Source of the DNA: a virus
Taxonomy: Duplodnaviria; Caudoviricetes
Direction: 5' to 3' (one strand)
Virus record (IMG/VR): IMGVR_UViG_3300031885_000016
Location: 1-56,729 of that record
DNA length: 56,729 bases
Shown here: in pieces, positions 53,501-56,729 of the stretch
Layout of the letters: each line of letters begins with the position of its first letter
Numbering within the stretch: the stretch's first letter is position 1
Program-made: the position numbers and the translations under genes
Notes under the pieces: generated by a model
The model's input: the letters and a program-made list of their open reading frames with translations, nothing else
Databases searched by the model: none
What the model was told of the DNA's origin: nothing

Positions 53501-53836
53501 ATTTTGAAATATGAAAAATTACCAGCATCTGTAACCGAAAGAGCATATCCGCCAACCCAAGGCATGGATTTTGATTTGTTAGATCGCAGAGGCAACGAGG
53601 TTATTACTAATGTAATAGCCACCGATCCACCGGCATCATTATTTGCTTTAAGTGCAGAAGAGTGGATGCCAGAGGACATGCCTCTTGTAGAGGGCAGTAA
53701 ATTCGCTATTAGAGTTGGACATGAAGATGTGCCTACTTCTTTAATTGCAGCAGGTTTGAATGCTGCTGGTCATGATCAAATAGTCGAATCTATAACGCAA
53801 AACGAAGGAATTACTTTCTCTATTAAAGTGAAATAA
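50546..53836 (+). CDS. Large baseplate wedge/tail protein (gp7/P2 gpI-like segment)
   Basis: FLPLLA...WRRQIKNAIPLYKKKGT; synteny. Confidence 0.7.
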   Translation: MPIKRLDENPTISDDIVISIETPDAEGCLSSNPYKVDRVVIYYVQRDYTGNNYSKYDKKFINEDIKTQLDAAIAKACDTPSADNLADVERLSATLDSSTLTETFYYTDAKTVAIFGDDANPAWLSTESIAGNNRLVNVSEDEDGNAQFGIFELDWSPVGLREGDYFVCWTWKPNPSGDSLSEIKHFTLQGSTQVTTSIPSHFTDPDKYDTLMERYLPEMFKTHLGTSDLTPEVLQEFNKAVGKGFSFLEDMTNQIVDLIDANATGEAFLPLLADLYRLKLKSGDPTLWRRQIKNAIPLYKKKGTYSGLSEALDQIGVKLTRFARLWQVVSKYTYQEVFVVDQEDFFILSKKAILPIDTDNFELYHRPVGETSWTTLDSTYVELDDYEETTVMTWVDSNPLLQGDEIRVVYQITTVPSVGEQTIEDYIRVLPLADQRDELEHEYPLKNWNVRVIEEDDPLIDMVITTRHPYYNSIMYGKIRTEFPYSENIYNMEEYNGSTRDSYDPCDIDKDFIDQCSSCLGSKFVVDLEIEKLSHDRILEAQDTIEGFVPFHSILHSLNLTGSHNELIQSPVEELDILIQFVNGEFAIAGNAQTIFNRSMEQGEEFKRDELTNMTTAVSSGSGSGYNENIVLYAPVNQLDRLPLDTDPDYNYLEVLSPSINAGVYSLQDAMQNHATIVGSPTEPLDQSAFTFRLSNERLSQSVANIYQDDVFKLQDANVDFWKLAIKTQWDVANNVDPVYTGDPWTITIAAYSDTYEIINILTDGSLLLYDPSKTLPTSNTNNINYILKTDLGDIVHSGTTGALKVKRRGLVDLGVSVDIRGNTVTLSDVRELLDSYHGNGQNHYIKYDGSQYAFDGFVDGETSQIYIADYTDGDVAGTSIKLYQRIVDNAKGYFAYQGIKLITVDNYETDLGICNGENAGALFPAMDASGHSYTLQLENNTFYQNYIVLINTNYYAISKIDNNVIWLLGPDQNWTTLGTALTFDILKYEKLPASVTERAYPPTQGMDFDLLDRRGNEVITNVIATDPPASLFALSAEEWMPEDMPLVEGSKFAIRVGHEDVPTSLIAAGLNAAGHDQIVESITQNEGITFSIKVK

Positions 53837-53847
53837 ATATAGGAGAC

Positions 53848-54321
53848 ATGATGAATGAAGCAATTATTCGCCCAAAAGGCGATATAGAGATGATTATAAA
53901 ATATGCCGACTCAACCGAGCATATCTATTTCCCAAATGCGGTTCTTAGAAAAGGCCGAGAAGCATTGGCTTCTAGTTTGGCAAATGATTTCGGCAATTCT
54001 TATAATTTCTTTATTAGTCGCATGTTATTTGGTGATGGAGGCACTTCAAGTGGATCTCCTAAATTCATAGATACATCTAGAAATGGTTTGTTCGGGATCA
54101 CCAGGGCTGTCAAACCCATTATTGTCACAATTGATCCTGCGTTACCAAGTCAGATAGTTTTCACTTCTGTGCTTGATTACGAAGAAGCAAATGGATTTAC
54201 GTTAAATGAAATGGCGTTGCAGATGAATAATGGTGATTTTTATAGCATGTCTACATTTGCAGATCTAAATAAAACATCATCCATGCAAATCACGTTTAAC
54301 TGGCGATTGGCGTTTGTTTGA
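53848..54321 (+). CDS. Tail fibre attachment/collar-like protein
   Basis: FGDGG...EANGFTLNEMAL...KTSSMQITFNW. Confidence 0.6.
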   Translation: MMNEAIIRPKGDIEMIIKYADSTEHIYFPNAVLRKGREALASSLANDFGNSYNFFISRMLFGDGGTSSGSPKFIDTSRNGLFGITRAVKPIIVTIDPALPSQIVFTSVLDYEEANGFTLNEMALQMNNGDFYSMSTFADLNKTSSMQITFNWRLAFV

Positions 54322-54376
54322 ACTTTGTATAAAAATAGTATTGCTTTTTTGAGGTGATGTGCATATATAAGATGTT

Positions 54377-55378
54377 ATGAATACATTAATAAAAAACAAT
54401 CAGAAATTTATCGTATCTTCCAAACAAATGGAAATAATTAGCGGTTCTTTATTGGGAGATGCTTGGATATATGCTGTCAAGGGGCACGATAATTGGGCTT
54501 GTAAATTTGGCAAAACACAATCTTTAAAAGATTGTAAAGGAAAAGATAAAATATCCTACATGCAATGGACTTGGAATGAATTGCTTCCTTTTTCAAATTC
54601 TATATCTAAATCTAAATTATCCTATCAATTTGTCACCTATACAGATGAATGTTTTACAAAATTAGAGCGAAGTTGGTATCTTCGACGAGAAAATGGAGAT
54701 TATGTTTTAAATCACAACAATCAACGAAAGAAAATTGTTCCAATTGATTTAAAATTAACGCCACTAATTTTGTGTGTGTGGCACATGGATGATGGGTCGG
54801 TCTATGCGAAAGATGCAAACCTTACACTAGAAACACAAGGATTCGCACTTGCTGAGGTAGATTTTTTAATTGACCGTTTGAAAGAAGACCTTGACATCAA
54901 AGCAACTAAAAAGAAAGCTAAAAAAGATGATCAATTTAGGATATATGTGGGTCGCAAATCTTATTTTGATTTTATTGATATAATTAAACCACATGTTCAA
55001 TGGGATTGTTTTAAATATAAAATTGATGATATCACTTATAATAAAATTGAACAGATAGGCGAAAATCACTCGCAATCAAAAATCAGCGAAACAAATGCCA
55101 AAGAAATATTTAGTCTCCGAGATCAAGGCTTGCTTCACAGGGAAATAGCAGAAAGGTTTAAAGTTAGTCAGGCAAGTGTAACGCAAATTCTTAATGGAAA
55201 AAGATGGGGACATCTAAATAAATGTATAGTTCCGAGGACAGTTAAAAGAATGTCTGAGGAGCAAAAAAACAAAGTAAAAACAATGTTGAAGCAAAATATA
55301 TCGCAAAAGGCAATAGCCGAAGAACTCGGTATTAATCAAAGTACAGTTAGTCGCATAGGAGAAAAATGCCAAGAATAG
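54377..55378 (+). mobile_element. Free-standing LAGLIDADG homing endonuclease with C-terminal HTH domains
   Basis: ISGSLLGDAWI and WHMDDGS motifs; two HTH-like segments (REIAERFKVSQASV, KAIAEELGINQSTVS). Confidence 0.85.
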
Positions 55379-56160
55379 ACACTATAACACCCGTTCAATA
55401 TGATTCATTGTGGCCATATAATTCCACATATGATAATTTGCCATTAAAATACATATTGGCCAGACAAGATCTAATAAACTTAGCCGTGGACAATGCAGAA
55501 TCTGTGTTAGAATCTGCACAGGGCACGGCTGGATCGTTATCTAATAGGCTAAATCAATCTATTGATGCTAGTGGGAGTTTAATTCCAGATGCAATAGATA
55601 CGAGCTTACATAATATTGGTGCCCATGCAGACGGATCTTATGATGGATCTGATTATGTAAGAATGTTGGCTAGTGAGAGGGATAAATTAACATTAGTTGC
55701 AGATAGCGCCACATCACTTCAAATTGAATTTGCCACCATTTCTACTACATCAACTTTTGATAATGCCGTTGTAACATTTGTGGACTCTCCCACCGTCACA
55801 TGGGATGTTGCTACAGGCAATGAAGTTAGTGCCAATTTTGCTTTCCCCACATCTGCGGCTCATCAACACTTTTACGATTTAGTTCCTGTGGCAGCAAATC
55901 TGCTTACTCCTGATTACACGAACTACAAATCTACATCTTTATCCACGGCTTTTATAGATGGCAGCTTACGAGTTTACATAAACGGTATTCGTTTAAGTGA
56001 AAATGATAATGTTTATGTTTATGATGCAGCAACTGGCCCATCCGGTACTTGGTCTGCGACTAGTTTTACTAGTGACGCTACTGCGGGAACATTTGCTCTT
56101 AGTCGAGCGATTAGTTCTAGTGATATAATCACTATCGACTTTGATCAAATCTTAGTTTAA
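55366..56160 (+). CDS. Virion structural (tail fibre-associated) protein
   Basis: S/T-rich beta pattern, SLRVYINGIRL. Confidence 0.6.
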   Translation: MPRIDTITPVQYDSLWPYNSTYDNLPLKYILARQDLINLAVDNAESVLESAQGTAGSLSNRLNQSIDASGSLIPDAIDTSLHNIGAHADGSYDGSDYVRMLASERDKLTLVADSATSLQIEFATISTTSTFDNAVVTFVDSPTVTWDVATGNEVSANFAFPTSAAHQHFYDLVPVAANLLTPDYTNYKSTSLSTAFIDGSLRVYINGIRLSENDNVYVYDAATGPSGTWSATSFTSDATAGTFALSRAISSSDIITIDFDQILV

Positions 56161-56171
56161 TTGGAAATTTT

Positions 56172-56726
56172 GTGTATAAACCTCTAAACACAGGATTTAT
56201 AGTCCTGGCTTCTGAATTAAATACAGGGCGGCTTAAATCTACCAGAAATTCTATTTGGAATAATTATGGCAAAGAAACGCCCATTACGTGTGTTGTGCCA
56301 AACAATACATCAACCATAGAATTAAAAGCCGCTAAAGAATTGTGTCCTATTCATAAGGGCAAAACTACAATTACGTCTTTGATAAACGCTGGCTTCAAAC
56401 ATGGCCATAAAGAATGGAATATTCTTGTAATGGAGGGCACATGGGTCAAAGCCAACATAGATAAAAAGTATGCATATTTTTTAGAGAGCGAAAAAGATAT
56501 ATTTTTCCCAATAGTAACAGATTATGACATACAAGGCAAACCTGTTAAAATATATAACAATTTTTGGGACTGTTCTTTAAATGGTCTGATGATACATCAG
56601 AAAACGTTTAAAGAGGTTGGGGATTTAGCAGACGGATCATTGGAGCAATCACGTCTTATTTGGAATGCGGAAGCACAAGAAAAAGGCTGTAAATTCAAAG
56701 CAATTCTGGGAGCCAAGTTATGTTAA
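56172..56726 (+). CDS. Glycosyltransferase-like (GT-A fold) protein
   Basis: TSLINAGF, LNGLMIHQKTFKEVGDL resemble GT2; canonical DxD absent. Confidence 0.45.
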   Translation: MYKPLNTGFIVLASELNTGRLKSTRNSIWNNYGKETPITCVVPNNTSTIELKAAKELCPIHKGKTTITSLINAGFKHGHKEWNILVMEGTWVKANIDKKYAYFLESEKDIFFPIVTDYDIQGKPVKIYNNFWDCSLNGLMIHQKTFKEVGDLADGSLEQSRLIWNAEAQEKGCKFKAILGAKLC

Positions 56727-56729
56727 ATC

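Noticed and set aside
1-56729. Stop-codon reassignment (TAG read-through) as seen in some jumbo phages
   Set aside because: Long core genes are intact in code 11, TAG ends coincide with cassette boundaries and terminators, and no suppressor tRNA is seen.

Overview
This window is a fragment of a large (jumbo-type) myovirus genome in two very different halves. (1) Positions 1-21016 are a co-oriented array of about 70 small, mostly unknown genes. It also holds two copies of a tRNA-Lys gene (one interrupted by a 21-nt insert in the anticodon) and a ~430-nt structured non-coding RNA. By my manual count the array is punctuated by 55 same-strand copies of a 13-15 bp motif, GTT(T/A)A(G/T)TTGTACA(T/C)T. 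The motif usually supplies or abuts the stop codon of the upstream gene and directly precedes the next gene's leader, so the region reads as a cassette array. Whether the motif is a recombination site, a phage-RNAP promoter or an RNA-processing site cannot be settled from sequence alone, and no recombinase or RNAP gene is in the window. (2) Positions 21255-56729 are an AT-rich core region. It encodes a DNA methyltransferase, an SF2/Z1-like ATPase, an HD hydrolase, a RecD/Dda-like helicase, ClpP, a HAD phosphatase, a CCA-adding enzyme and glycosyltransferase-like genes. It then carries a gp2-like end protector, a tape measure protein and a contractile-tail baseplate module with a free-standing LAGLIDADG endonuclease. 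All family calls come from motif recognition by eye; no searches were run.
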